The notes beneath the pieces were generated by a model. The model did not search any database. It was not told where the DNA came from and was given only the letters and a program-made list of their open reading frames with translations. A stretch of 43,824 nt of DNA, taken from a virus. Taxonomy: Duplodnaviria; Caudoviricetes. Position numbers and translations under genes: made by a program. Numbering within the stretch: the stretch's first letter is position 1; each line of letters begins with the position of its first letter. Below, piece by piece: positions 7,031-18,800 of this stretch. The DNA is taken from IMG/VR virus record IMGVR_UViG_3300027863_000063, positions 1-43,824 of that record. The stretch is one strand, 5' to 3'.

Positions 7031-9076
7031 TTATACCTCTGCCATAAAGCTAATGCCGCTCAAAGAAAACCATGCATTTGAGCCAGCGTTTGCATAGACA
7101 TTCCCGTTGCTGGCAATCATTATACTTCCAAAGGCATTGTTCGAATTAGCAGAAAAACTGATACTCTTAGAAGGTCTATATCCCGAAGGAAGCGTGAAAA
7201 TAGCTTGGCCGATTGTCCCAGATTTTGTCATCCCTCGCAAATGCACAAAACCTAACGCATCCTTCATGTATGCGAGATTATGAAAATTTGCATCGGTGTT
7301 TTGCACCCAGTTATTTAAGAATGTTGTTACCTCTTGCCAAGCCTCATTATTCTTGTTAACAAGTGCAGCAATTTTTTGTTCTGTCGTTGTTCCTGCAGCA
7401 TTGTTTAGGTCTTTCGCAATTTGCGGACTTACACCATAAGTTTGGCTTCCTGCATTGAGGGCATCTATCACCCTAAATGCGACATCAAGTTGCCTTTGAA
7501 TTCTGTAATGTACTCCATCCCATAAATGGTACGTCCAATTCTTGGCATTAACACCACCAGAGTAGAACAAATCAACGCATGGGGTTTTGTACTCATTCGC
7601 CGCATTTTTAAGGGCATCAACATAGTCGTGCAAATATTTCCCAAACGCATTAAGATAATCATCACAAGTGCCGGTTTGAATTACCGAGCCATCTGTACCA
7701 CGGAATGGGGGAGTAATTAGAATAACTTTGATATTTGGGTACGCCGTAAGAATCTGATTAAGCGAATAACGCAATGCCCCAATATAATAGTTTACGTCAT
7801 CATCATCGGATGGATTATCAATATTCAATGCTGTAAAATCATTTGTGCCTTGCCAAACCGTAATGTAGTCAATTTTACTCCAATCTATACTGACAAGTCT
7901 GTTGTATACTGCTGCCCCGTTTGTAATAATATCTTTGTAGGTATTTTGGAGCGAGAAATTCCCAGAAGCTATCGAAGCAGCCAGCCTATAGAAACAAAAC
8001 GCATCAAAAGCTGGTGTTGGGTGGTATCCCATCCTCGTTCCCCCGATAGCACAATTATAGGTAGTCGCCCCTGTAATTTTTGCTATACGTGAGGGGTAAT
8101 CATAAGGTGGGGGAGGGTTTGCAGTGTTTGAATCTCCAAAACAAACAATTTTTTTACCATAGAGTTTGGGGTATTGTAACGTTTCAACGCTAACAATCCT
8201 GTCTTGTTCGGCGGCAAGGTCAATTCCACCTTCCAGAGTATCGCCGCTTTTTTGTGTATGCGCCCCAGAAACATTCAATCTTATAGTATTTGCGGCTTTA
8301 CCAGCTGTTTTTGCAATAAGGTCTACTTCAATGGTGGAGTAATTGCGCGATGCGACTACTACTGGGTTTGCCGCCGATACCGAATAGATAGGTGCTGTCC
8401 CGCCATAGTTGTAAATTTCGGGGCTTGTCATGTTTATTGCATAATGCAAGGCTTTATATGATTCATCCTGTGTTGCTCCTATGAGTAACTCTCCATCAGC
8501 CCCGGTAAGCGTTGCAACAAAAACATATTGCCGTTCGTTAGCCCCGCCTTTGTCAATCGTTATTGTTGTTCCAACGGAAACGTTATACCCATCACCCAAA
8601 ATTGCGCCATAGGCATTTTTGCCCGCAGACGCCGCACCGATATGAGTATCAATAAATGCTTTGCCAAGGGTTGTAATACGTTTATAGCTAGTACCATCGG
8701 CAATATTATCAAGATTGTCTGCTCCCGTCGCTGGTGATATTGAGTAACCTGCTTCGGTAAGCTTGCTCACAATTCTTGCGCCTGTTGTTGCACCAGTTGC
8801 AGCCCCTATTGCATTAGCATCGGCAGCTCCGGCAACGGTTGGTAAAATATTATTATTGTTTATTGCATCAGCTTTTGCGGCTTGGACTCGATGGTACGAT
8901 GTGCCATCTTTAATGTTATCTATGGTCGTGTCTGCCATATGCATCCCATCCCAGAGGTCGGCATCAAGCCCTGATCCTGCCCCGTCAACGGTTTTCACTT
9001 TTGCGAGTAAATCGGCGGCTAAAAGTGAATCTGAATTTGCGAGTTGGAATGGTAAATCGCTCATTGGATAGCTCAT
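7031..9076 (-). CDS. Tail fibre/spike with SGNH/GDSL esterase domain
   Basis: N-terminal fibre motif LLAKVKTVDGAGSGLDADLWDG; SGNH blocks GDSNT, GGT, GTND, DGVH; C-terminal beta-sandwich VHLRG...IFTLPSGYRP. Confidence 0.85.
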   Translation of the reverse strand: MSYPMSDLPFQLANSDSLLAADLLAKVKTVDGAGSGLDADLWDGMHMADTTIDNIKDGTSYHRVQAAKADAINNNNILPTVAGAADANAIGAATGATTGARIVSKLTEAGYSISPATGADNLDNIADGTSYKRITTLGKAFIDTHIGAASAGKNAYGAILGDGYNVSVGTTITIDKGGANERQYVFVATLTGADGELLIGATQDESYKALHYAINMTSPEIYNYGGTAPIYSVSAANPVVVASRNYSTIEVDLIAKTAGKAANTIRLNVSGAHTQKSGDTLEGGIDLAAEQDRIVSVETLQYPKLYGKKIVCFGDSNTANPPPPYDYPSRIAKITGATTYNCAIGGTRMGYHPTPAFDAFCFYRLAASIASGNFSLQNTYKDIITNGAAVYNRLVSIDWSKIDYITVWQGTNDFTALNIDNPSDDDDVNYYIGALRYSLNQILTAYPNIKVILITPPFRGTDGSVIQTGTCDDYLNAFGKYLHDYVDALKNAANEYKTPCVDLFYSGGVNAKNWTYHLWDGVHYRIQRQLDVAFRVIDALNAGSQTYGVSPQIAKDLNNAAGTTTEQKIAALVNKNNEAWQEVTTFLNNWVQNTDANFHNLAYMKDALGFVHLRGMTKSGTIGQAIFTLPSGYRPSKSISFSANSNNAFGSIMIASNGNVYANAGSNAWFSLSGISFMAEV

Positions 9077-9085
9077 GTTCTCCTC

Positions 9086-9418
9086 CTATGCGGCGTAGAA
9101 GCTGATGTCGAACGTGCCGCTCGTCCAGACAAACCGAATGGCTGTTACCCGCGCCGGCATCGTAAATTGCTTGCTTCCAGTAATCTGACCGAGCACGCTA
9201 AACCATTTGGCTGTTCCCGCTGCGATTGTGGACGATTTGTTTGTGGTGGCTAGAATTTCCATCTGCCCGCTGCCAGAAGTCATATAGACGCTGATGGTAA
9301 TACCCTGGAGTCGTGCCGGCATTGTGTATGCCACGTCCGTATTTGTAGAGCTGAGCGAAAGTTCAGTGTTGACTCCCAATACTCCCGATTGTAGCAAATC
9401 TGGCGACAAAATGACCAT
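9086..9418 (-). CDS. Small beta-rich tail-associated protein
   Basis: GGAG RBS; located between fibre genes; beta-strand-rich composition. Confidence 0.65.
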   Translation of the reverse strand: MVILSPDLLQSGVLGVNTELSLSSTNTDVAYTMPARLQGITISVYMTSGSGQMEILATTNKSSTIAAGTAKWFSVLGQITGSKQFTMPARVTAIRFVWTSGTFDISFYAA

Positions 9419-9419
9419 G

Positions 9420-9590
9420 TTACTCCTCCTTCACTTCGGGCTGTTTCAGTTTCTCAGCCTGCGCTTTTTGAACTTTATCGATTTCCATGATGAGGCTATT
9501 GTAAAGGATATTTACTTCCTTAATCGGCCTCGTCCCAAGGTACTGCATGATGTCCAGTACCAATTTAATTGGCAATGTTATTTCATTCAT
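9420..9590 (-). CDS. Small tail-fibre-associated (chaperone-like) protein
   Basis: Start moved to MNEITLP (AGGAGGAG RBS); IMQYLGTRPIKEV pattern is common in small proteins following fibre genes. Confidence 0.6.
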   Translation of the reverse strand: MNEITLPIKLVLDIMQYLGTRPIKEVNILYNSLIMEIDKVQKAQAEKLKQPEVKEE

Positions 9591-9598
9591 ATCTCCTC

Positions 9599-12500
9599 CT
9601 ACCATGCTAATGAGATTCCGGCATATGTCGCCGATGAGCCATAGTTGACGGTTATCGTGCCTGCAAGATTATCTTGCACCGTATACAGCATAATCCCAGA
9701 ACTGCTAATCCGCTCCGCATAAGAACATACCGCGACAATGCTCCCCCTAACGCCGCCATGCAGAAGAATCTTATCTCCTACATTTGGAATTGCAGGCGCG
9801 AGCGCGTTATAGAGCTCCCCAAGAGTAAAACTTGCGTTTCTGTGGAATGTTCCAGTCGGAGTTCTGCCGCCTTTCGCCCAGATTCCTCCATTTTTTGCAT
9901 AGAGGTGCATTAGGGAGACTTCTCCGCCAGAATCGTTTTTTACCCATTCCCATCGGGCATCCGTGGGGAGGTACCCCCCGAAATTTGAAAAGACATCGAG
10001 GACTTTCATCACGCCGGAATAGTTATGCAGCGCCTTATCGTTTACAAAATCGTCATAGCCATTGACAGCATGGAGCGAAAGAGTTGCTTCACTATATCCT
10101 GATGATTTATCGGGGCTTCGGATTTCAAATATTGAGAAAACATCATTTGGATCCGTATTCCTGACGGTTACTATTTCGTCATTGGAGCCTGGAATATTGT
10201 GCGGCCAGAACTCGTAGCGCCCAATGGAATCAGTGCCCATAAGGATTCGCTGGGTTGATTGCGCAGGGATAGTGATTGATACTGACCAGTTGGAATAATC
10301 GTCTGCATATTTCGTTATGCCCGCCAGTATTATTTTGCTTCCAGGGTCAACGTAAACGTTCGATACGCCATATGGCCCGAAACTGCCCGACACGCTTGTC
10401 CATACTCTTACAGGGATCTTGTTAATAAAAGCATCAATAAGTGATGCAATTGAATAAAATTGAATATAGTTGCTTGAATCAAACGAAGGCCCATTTGGTA
10501 TGCTGAGCGTAAGCCTTGAAGTATAAAATCTTGTTTGCGCCGTATTTGAAAATACAATCGAACCAGGAACCCAGAGCACAAGATAATATACGGTTACTTG
10601 ATAGCTGGAGTCTTTTTTTATTTTATATACAGGCCAACCTTGCCATGACCCGCTACATGAATATTCCCCTACTGCAAGACTAGAGAGCGCATCCAAAAGC
10701 GAGCCGACATACCAGTGCGTCGCAGTTGGCGTAGAAATGGTTTGCTGTGGGATATTAAAATCTTGCGTTGCAAAGACCCCCGCATTGATACTTCCTGAAA
10801 CATTCAACGTGCTGGCATCAATTGCCCCTTTGAAATATGCGCTACCGTTTGGTGCTGTTTGGAAAATAATTTGATTATTTGCTTTTGCAAGGATCCCGTT
10901 GTCTTTATCTATATAGGTTTCAAAGTCTGTATTTGAGTTAGGGTCCGTGTCTATGGTCAGTTTTTTTGCGGCCAGATTGTCAATATTCGCCTGGACTGCA
11001 TTTATCACAAAAGCAGAAATAGTATCTATATCGAGATATTCCGCCTTTATTGTGCCTTTGAGGAAAAGTTCATCAGCGTCCACAAGGAATTGGCTCGAAA
11101 GAAGTCCTTTCTCCGTGAACGTAGCGGTCATGGAATTGATATCATCCGGTATTGGATTGGCAGTTATCTTGTAGCGATACTCACTCCCACCATACCATTT
11201 TACTTGATAAATCTCGTAAATCCTATCAAATACAGCCCTTTCGCTTGAGGAAAGCAGCGAATAAATCGCGTTCTTTCTATCGAGACTCATAGTTTCTGGG
11301 AGCGCAACCCGAAGCGCCATGAAAGCCTGGGTATCGCTCCATGTATCAGTGTTTGGATTATAGGTTCTTGCTCGTACCCGTGTGGCGATTTCATCCGATT
11401 GCATTACCAATTGGGAATCGAAATAAGCATTTTGGGATGCTTGTTCCTGGACCACAAGCGCAATCTTCTGCTCGGTCATTACAATCGCAGAAGCGTTTTC
11501 AATAATCCCCTGGTCGAGCAAGGTAAGAATTTCTTCTTGCGTGAGCCTATCGCCTTCATTCGCAAAATACTGTGCATCAGCCACCAAAAGTTGGATTTGG
11601 TTCGCCGTTTGCTGGATGAGCGAAATATCTGCTTCGATAGCCCCCAGTTCGGTATTAAGCTCTGTGTGGGTAACAAAACTTTGGAGGTCATCTTTTGTGG
11701 CAACCCATCCTGCCAGTGCAGTCTTATCATCGCTCGATTGGCCTGATATAAGAATTTGGTATCTATCTTTGAGCTGTGTTACTTCAGTATATGCTTTTGT
11801 CGGGTGGAATACGTTATTTTCGTCAAAATATCCGCCGTCGGAAACAATCGAAGCAATGCGGTCGGCGTTCTGTACAATAAGGGAGAGATTTATTATTTGG
11901 CCGCCAACGTTAAGTTCGGCAAGGATGGAATTTATTGAATCTACATCTTGTTCAACCTGCGATATTCTTGTGCCATAATTGGAATACGATGCTACTGTAG
12001 TGCTGATTGAATCAAAATTAATTTCAAGCGCAGCAATGTTTGTTTCGGCCTCGGTAATCCTCTGAACCGCGAGTTTTATCTTTTCTTCACTGAGGACAAT
12101 GTTTGCATCTTGGTCTATTCGTTCCCGATTAAGCCAATCTACAAGCGCTGATAGTTCATATTGTCCAGTCTCGATCAAATTGAGCTTTGGTATTTGGTTT
12201 ATTCCGAAAGGATAAAGTTCATTTACCGCGGCGTCATGCTCTTCGAGGAAGCCTGCTTCAAGTTTTGCCCTGCTGATTGCGCCATCGACAAGATCGCCGT
12301 TTCTGACTTGCTGGATTTCAGCATTTATCCCATCTGTAATAACATCGGCAATCCCTGCGATTGTTTGTTCTTTCGCGGTATAATAATCATAAAAAGCATT
12401 TTTAACTGTTTCTGCATCAATAGGCGTCGAAACTGTCATATCCCATAGAATTCCGCCAGCGCTATTAAGCATTACATCAAGTGCATTATATTTTGCGATA

Positions 12501-12808
12501 TAACCAGAAAGCGGAAGCCCTGTTTCTGATAATCCTTTATCTTTTGCCCTTTGGACGATAAGCGGATATTCGGTCGATATTTCATTCCATTTTTGCTTTA
12601 AGGTAACCTTTTCAGTGATATCAACTACGGAATCAGAAATTATCTGATTGATAAAATCATCGAAGTTTGCATTTGCAGTTTGGATATTCGCAAGAGACTT
12701 TTTGAGCTCAGTCGCAACCCGAGACAGGTCAGCATTATTTAGTTGACCTATGATTTCAATATTGCCGGTGAATACTTTATCGCCGTCAATTTGTTCCTGA
12801 TACTCCAT
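9599..12808 (-). CDS. Long tail fibre / host-specificity protein
   Basis: 1069 aa; helical/coiled-coil N-terminal half and aromatic, Ser/Thr-rich beta C-terminal half; follows the internal virion genes. Confidence 0.7.
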   Translation of the reverse strand: MEYQEQIDGDKVFTGNIEIIGQLNNADLSRVATELKKSLANIQTANANFDDFINQIISDSVVDITEKVTLKQKWNEISTEYPLIVQRAKDKGLSETGLPLSGYIAKYNALDVMLNSAGGILWDMTVSTPIDAETVKNAFYDYYTAKEQTIAGIADVITDGINAEIQQVRNGDLVDGAISRAKLEAGFLEEHDAAVNELYPFGINQIPKLNLIETGQYELSALVDWLNRERIDQDANIVLSEEKIKLAVQRITEAETNIAALEINFDSISTTVASYSNYGTRISQVEQDVDSINSILAELNVGGQIINLSLIVQNADRIASIVSDGGYFDENNVFHPTKAYTEVTQLKDRYQILISGQSSDDKTALAGWVATKDDLQSFVTHTELNTELGAIEADISLIQQTANQIQLLVADAQYFANEGDRLTQEEILTLLDQGIIENASAIVMTEQKIALVVQEQASQNAYFDSQLVMQSDEIATRVRARTYNPNTDTWSDTQAFMALRVALPETMSLDRKNAIYSLLSSSERAVFDRIYEIYQVKWYGGSEYRYKITANPIPDDINSMTATFTEKGLLSSQFLVDADELFLKGTIKAEYLDIDTISAFVINAVQANIDNLAAKKLTIDTDPNSNTDFETYIDKDNGILAKANNQIIFQTAPNGSAYFKGAIDASTLNVSGSINAGVFATQDFNIPQQTISTPTATHWYVGSLLDALSSLAVGEYSCSGSWQGWPVYKIKKDSSYQVTVYYLVLWVPGSIVFSNTAQTRFYTSRLTLSIPNGPSFDSSNYIQFYSIASLIDAFINKIPVRVWTSVSGSFGPYGVSNVYVDPGSKIILAGITKYADDYSNWSVSITIPAQSTQRILMGTDSIGRYEFWPHNIPGSNDEIVTVRNTDPNDVFSIFEIRSPDKSSGYSEATLSLHAVNGYDDFVNDKALHNYSGVMKVLDVFSNFGGYLPTDARWEWVKNDSGGEVSLMHLYAKNGGIWAKGGRTPTGTFHRNASFTLGELYNALAPAIPNVGDKILLHGGVRGSIVAVCSYAERISSSGIMLYTVQDNLAGTITVNYGSSATYAGISLAW

Positions 12809-12853
12809 TTGCTCCTTCTTACACTGCTACAATGTATACAATTTTCGATTTAC

Positions 12854-15800
12854 TCAATACTCTCTTTGGCCCCATAGTGCCCCCCAATCACCCTTGAATA
12901 TCACCCTGGAATACTCTTTCAATGCGCTTGTCGGAACTCCGACAAACATGCCTGACGCCTCAAGCATTTTGAGATATGCCCTAAGCCTGGATTCTTCATC
13001 TTGAGTCGTCATTGCCGTATATGCACCTTCAAATAATTTTGTTACACCAGGGAATATCTGATCATCGCGATAGAACCTATCTCCGGTTATTGCGCTCTCC
13101 ACGAATCCCGAAGCAACATTTCCCACGAACGGAATCGTATCGAGAGGTGCCGTTGCCATGCCTGATAGGAATCGCTTTGCTTTCTTCTCTTCATCATCAT
13201 CTTTGCCTTTCGGCGCGGTAATGAGTGCTATCAAGCCCATAACGGCCATATATCCAAACCATATTGCAAGCGATCTGCCGCGATGCCCATTCTTCCAATC
13301 ATTCGGCGCATCATGGAAGAGCTGGTTGTAGATAACATTCAATGGCGTCTGGAATTGGAAAAGGAATCGCTGCAATTGTGAATCCATTTTGAATGCCGGA
13401 GCAAGATCTTCATGCCGGTAAGTAGGCTGGGTTTCTTGGAGTATTTTATCGGCTTCCTTATATGCAATATCATGGATTTCTTCGGCGGTTTTCCCTGATT
13501 CCCGCAATCCCGCAGCTGTCTTGTTATAAACCGCCTCCCATCCAGTAGAGACTGACCACATGTCTGCCCATTCCATGATTGCGCCCATCATTTGCATAGC
13601 AATACGTTTTGCCTCTGATGGCTCTGCTTCGATGTATTCTTTTATAAAAGCATCTATTGGATTGATTACTCTATGCCGGATGAAGGCTGAATTTTCTTTT
13701 GCGAATGCAAGATTTTTCATAAAAGAGGCAGGATTCAAGTTTTCTACCATCTGTTTAACCATGTATGCACCTGCATATGGGAAGAATGGCGCTGGCGATG
13801 TAATAAGCTGGAATACACCTCTGGAAGCACGAAGCCCAAGATATGCAATACCGAGCGCCCCGCGCAATAATTGGAACATTTTTTCTGTGCCTTGTGTCGT
13901 TGCATTAAAATCCTTGAAGGCTTTTGGATTCGCAGCTTCTGATATCCACCTATCGATATAATCTATATAAGATTGCCCATGGTATCTTCTGATTTTATCT
14001 CTCAGCGTTTCAGCATTCCTGCTCTTGAAAATGCCATTCAATTTAGTGATAAGCGGCGCATATGCGATATAATGTTCTTGCGTTTCCCACGTGCGAAGAT
14101 AGACCTGGTATGCATCAAGATTGATTGGCGTCTGATGACGATCGCCTATGGCAATCCTTTCAATCGTGGGCTGTTTCCCAACATTGACCATTGCTTTTGC
14201 AGCCCTTGCCATAACCTGATCCATAATTTCTTCTGCTGTTGGCTCTTCTCCCGTGCGCATCTTCCGTTCATGTGGATAATATGCATTTTCTTGGACAGGA
14301 ATTCTATTTTCATATTCATAAGTCGCATCAGCAAGTCTTTGATAGTTATCCCTGCCTTCCTGGATAAGCCATTCTGCCAATGCAATCTCTTGGGGCGTGA
14401 GTGTAGAAATCGCTCTTCGTATTGCAGCACGATTTTCTGCCGCTTTTTGATAGAATTCTTCGTCGGGGAGCTTTGCCTTATCATCAATGCTCATCATATT
14501 GCCGTATACAATGGCAGCCTCAGTTTTTGGATTCTGTATACCAATGTATAAGGCGATGGCTTCCCATTTTGAAATATGTTGGCTACCAAGATTTACTTTT
14601 TCTTTGTATAAAGCATCGCGGTCAAGCCCTAGCTCCTTCATTCTCGTTTCAAATGCGGTTCTTCTTTTGTCGAAAGCATTTTTTTCTCGAGTGAACGCAT
14701 CTCGGTCTGGCTGTGCAATAGTTTTATAGAATATTCCTTCTTTCCCCCCATCAAGTGCTCGCGTAATACGATGGATCGTGGTGAGCGAAATATCGAAGTT
14801 CTTGAATATGCTCTTATCGGCCTGCTGTTGTGCACGGAATTCATCAGTCCCGTACATATATGCAGGGCGTTCTTTACCTGTTTCAATTGCAGTATTGGAC
14901 ATTTCATAACGGATTGCATCTTGCTCGGCTTTCCTTTTTGCCATTCTTTCTTCATATAATATGGCACCATAATCCCGAAGGTCGCTGACCTGCTGATAAA
15001 GCTCCTGCAAGTCTTTGATATCCCAAAGATTTAATGGTTTCTTGCCTGGAAGCTCTATAATAACATTCTGATCTTCGGCACTCATTCGTCTGAAGTGCGG
15101 GTCAAGCTGCTGCTGCAATTCTTTTATTTGCAATGCAACCTTGAAGTCCACATTTTTTGCCGGAGGACGCATGATTTCTTTCGCGTAGTAGAGCATCAAT
15201 TCACGCTGCGCCTTCTTTGCACGCTGAACCGATAATTGTTCGCGTAGCTTCTGCCGTGTCTCCTGCACGGCCTTCTGTGCGGCTAGATAAGCAGCATTTC
15301 TCAATCCGGATTCTGGCGAAAGAGCTTTTGTCCTATTGTCAATCATTTCAGCAAGTTCTTTTTTATGTGTCTCAAGGTCTAAAAGAAGATCGCCATTCGC
15401 CTTGCCCATTTTCTTTTTAGCGCGTTCCGCAAATATTCTCTTATTGATATCGAGTAATTCGCGTTCCATATCAACAAGTCGCTTCTCGGCATATGAGAAT
15501 CTATCCTGGTATTCTTTAAGTTTATTCTGATTTTTCTGCAATTCTTCGCGTAAAACCTTTGTATTTTTGCTTATTTCTTCAGAGAGTTGCGATAATTGCG
15601 CATTTTCTGGAAGTTTTGCCATTGCTTCTTTATATTTCGCTAAGAGGAGGTCAATATTTTCATCCGGCTCATTCGTCGTTATTTCAAAATCCGATGGCCT
15701 TGCTTCCGTATTCCCCATCAGTTCATCATATCTGGCCTTCCACTTGCTTGCATTTTTCTCAATCAATGCCAAGGTACGATTCATTGTTGCATCTGAAACA

Positions 15801-18800
15801 ACGCCACCGGTTGCAATCCGATAACTTGTCGCATCGACAACATTCATTGTTTTTCTTGCGACTTTCTTATCGAATAAGTCTGCGCCATTCGCTTCGAGGA
15901 ATGCTCTTAATTTCTCTGGGTCATTCTTTAATGACCTGATAAAATCTTCCGTACTGATTGCACTTGCTTTCTCTTTCTGCGCTGCCTGCCATGCAGATTT
16001 TAATTCCTCCTCATCGCCCTGCTCGCCCTGGTAGGCTTTCTTAAAGTCATCATAGTTATCAAATTCCATCGCCTCTTTGCTTAGATAGAGCGGGTCATTC
16101 TCAAATAGGAATGAGTGAGTAATTTTTTTTCTACTGCGCTGTACTTTATAACGAGTATCATCGACTCTTCCGTTGATAACTTTTTCATCATCTACAGATG
16201 GGAATAATGATGATTCTGAATAAATGATATCCACAAGATTTACAAATTTCCCGCCCTTTCCAATGGCATCTTCATAATTCTTTGATATAATATCAAAAAA
16301 TGCTTTCGAGGAAGTTATAGCAAAGCCTGATGAACCGCCGGATTCTCTTATCGCTTGATAAATTTTCTGCGGCTCAGTATATGATATAGGTCTCCATGAT
16401 ATAACGCGTAATTGATTGTCAACTATAATCAATATATTTTTAGCATTGCTACCATGAATGACCGAAGCAGCATATTCTATCGCGGTCTTTGGGTTATGAA
16501 TTTCTGGCAATTGCTCTGTACTAAGAGAATATCCGCTGGCATTGAATTTTATTTTATCTTGTTTGATTAAATATGCGTTACCACCTAAGTTTTTATTTAT
16601 GTTGAATACGGTTGCTTCCCCATGGTCTATAATAACATGATAAAGAACGGCATCACCTAATAATTTTTCATATCTTGCTTGTACGCTAACATCTTGAGGA
16701 GACGGTGTTACATCCCCCGAAGGATGATTATGCATAAGGATAATATGTTTTGCGCCAAGTCTTGCCATCCTATCCTTTAGATAATATTGGAATCTTGCAT
16801 TATCTCCAGTTTCAGATGCCGTCGTAAATCCTGGTTGGCCTGACGACAAAGCATTATGTGCGAGTATCTTGCCATCGCTATCGAGATAAATAAGATGGAA
16901 AGTTTCTATACTAGAATTCCGGTAAACTTGGAATAAGGTTGCAATGTCTTCAGCTGATGCAATGCGCTGGCCAACAAAACTAACTCGTTTCTGTCCTTTT
17001 CGATTCTCAACATATGCAGGATAGCGCACTGTGCCTGCTGGACCGAGAATGTCGGATATATGGGCCTGTCGATAATGCACGACGGGTCTGGGTGCAGCAT
17101 TTGACGGACTATATTCTGCTTGGCCGTTTTCAAAGAGTTCTCCCTGGTCCATATCCGAGAATAATGACGGTTCGTTCGGATTTTCATCAAAATCAAAGAG
17201 CGACTGCTGTATCGGGGCAGCGCCTTCGGTTTTGATAGATAAGCTCTTGTCAGCCTTGTCATAATTTTCTTTGCTCCCATATACTATTTTAAGCGTTTTT
17301 TCATCATATTCAATAGGGGCCTCGTTCTTTATCGCTTCTACCATATCACCAATCTGATTAGGTGTTACATCGTAGAGTTCTTTCGCAGTGGTATTTAATT
17401 GCCAATCGCCCACATCACCATAAGGAAGTGCTGCTTCAGTATACACATTCTCAATCGCCTGTGTTCTGCTTTTGTACCTTTCGGCATAAACTATTTCGCC
17501 ATTCTTATAATAATTCAAATCCCATGATTTTGACCCATCCGCTGCCGGAGTAATAGTAAATTTCACATTGGGAATTTTTGGATTCTCGAAAGCAATATTT
17601 TTTGTTTTTGCATTCATCAATGCAGCGATCAAAGCCGTATTATTTTTACTGATAAAATCTTGGATTTCTTTATTGAAAAAGTTATCCAAATTCGCAGCGA
17701 GCAGTTTCATGAGGTCAAGTGCTTTCAGCATTTGCTCTCGGTATTCTGATTTTTCTATTTCAAGCCCGTATTTTGTTTTTGCATCCTCGAATAGATATTG
17801 ACCTTCTGGGATTGCTCCACGCATCTGGTCAGTGATAGGAAGCGCATGGACAGTTTCAAGTTTTTTTGTAAACGCACCATCTACATGTATTTTTATATCC
17901 TGTACCTGCGCGCCCCATTTTTTGCCATATTTATTCGCAAAGTCTACGAGCATTTTATCATAGAAGCCATACATTCCTTTATTGCCAATATCTAGGTCCA
18001 ATCCGGATATAGATTTCCATTCTGATGAAGAATGGCTAATAGGAGATGTTTTTGTAATAGAATCGCCTTCTCCATTGATTATTTTCTTTGTTAGTTCTTT
18101 TCCTATATATTCTTGTATTGTTTCTGGCGTTGCATGTGGAAGTTCATGGAGCATTTTCTTATTTTTGATAAATTCTACATAATAAGTATTATCATCATTT
18201 GCTTTATATTCTATAGAATCTATATATTTGCTGAGGCTATATCTATCACTTTGCTGTTTCCCCGTCGTCCAAGCAAGATAATCATAACCTTGCTCAACCG
18301 CATCTTTCAGCATCCGTTTGAATACAAACTCATGCCAGGTCTTTGAGAATGGGGCCGGGGGGACGCCTGACAGGTCCATATCACTATTATATCTATCCAA
18401 TACTTTTTGCCGTACCTCTTCTTCAGACTTACCCCTGTATATCTGAGCTGGTCCATCATTTATTTTTGCATCCCATATTCCTTCACTTAGTTTTTTGAGT
18501 TCAATTTTGGGTGGAGCTAATTCATCTTTATACCCGAATTCTCTGCCTTTCTGATGCCAATCGGATTGGATTTCCTCGATGAATAGGGCATCTTTATCAT
18601 CAGAAGTAAGACGATCATCTACTCGTGTATGCGCTACTATATTCCCTTCACTCCAATGAGGCGCGCGGAATATAGCATCAATATTTTTATTTACTACGCC
18701 GTATGGCTCAAGGTCATTAACCCCTGCGACTGCATAAATAGCATCTCTGAGGTCTAAAAGGTCATTATACTTATCTCTAGCTTTTTCAGCATATTCTGCT

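Noticed and set aside
7031-12808. Diversity-generating retroelement as in BPP-1
   Set aside because: No reverse transcriptase or Avd gene, and I saw no TR/VR pair differing at adenines near the fibre genes.
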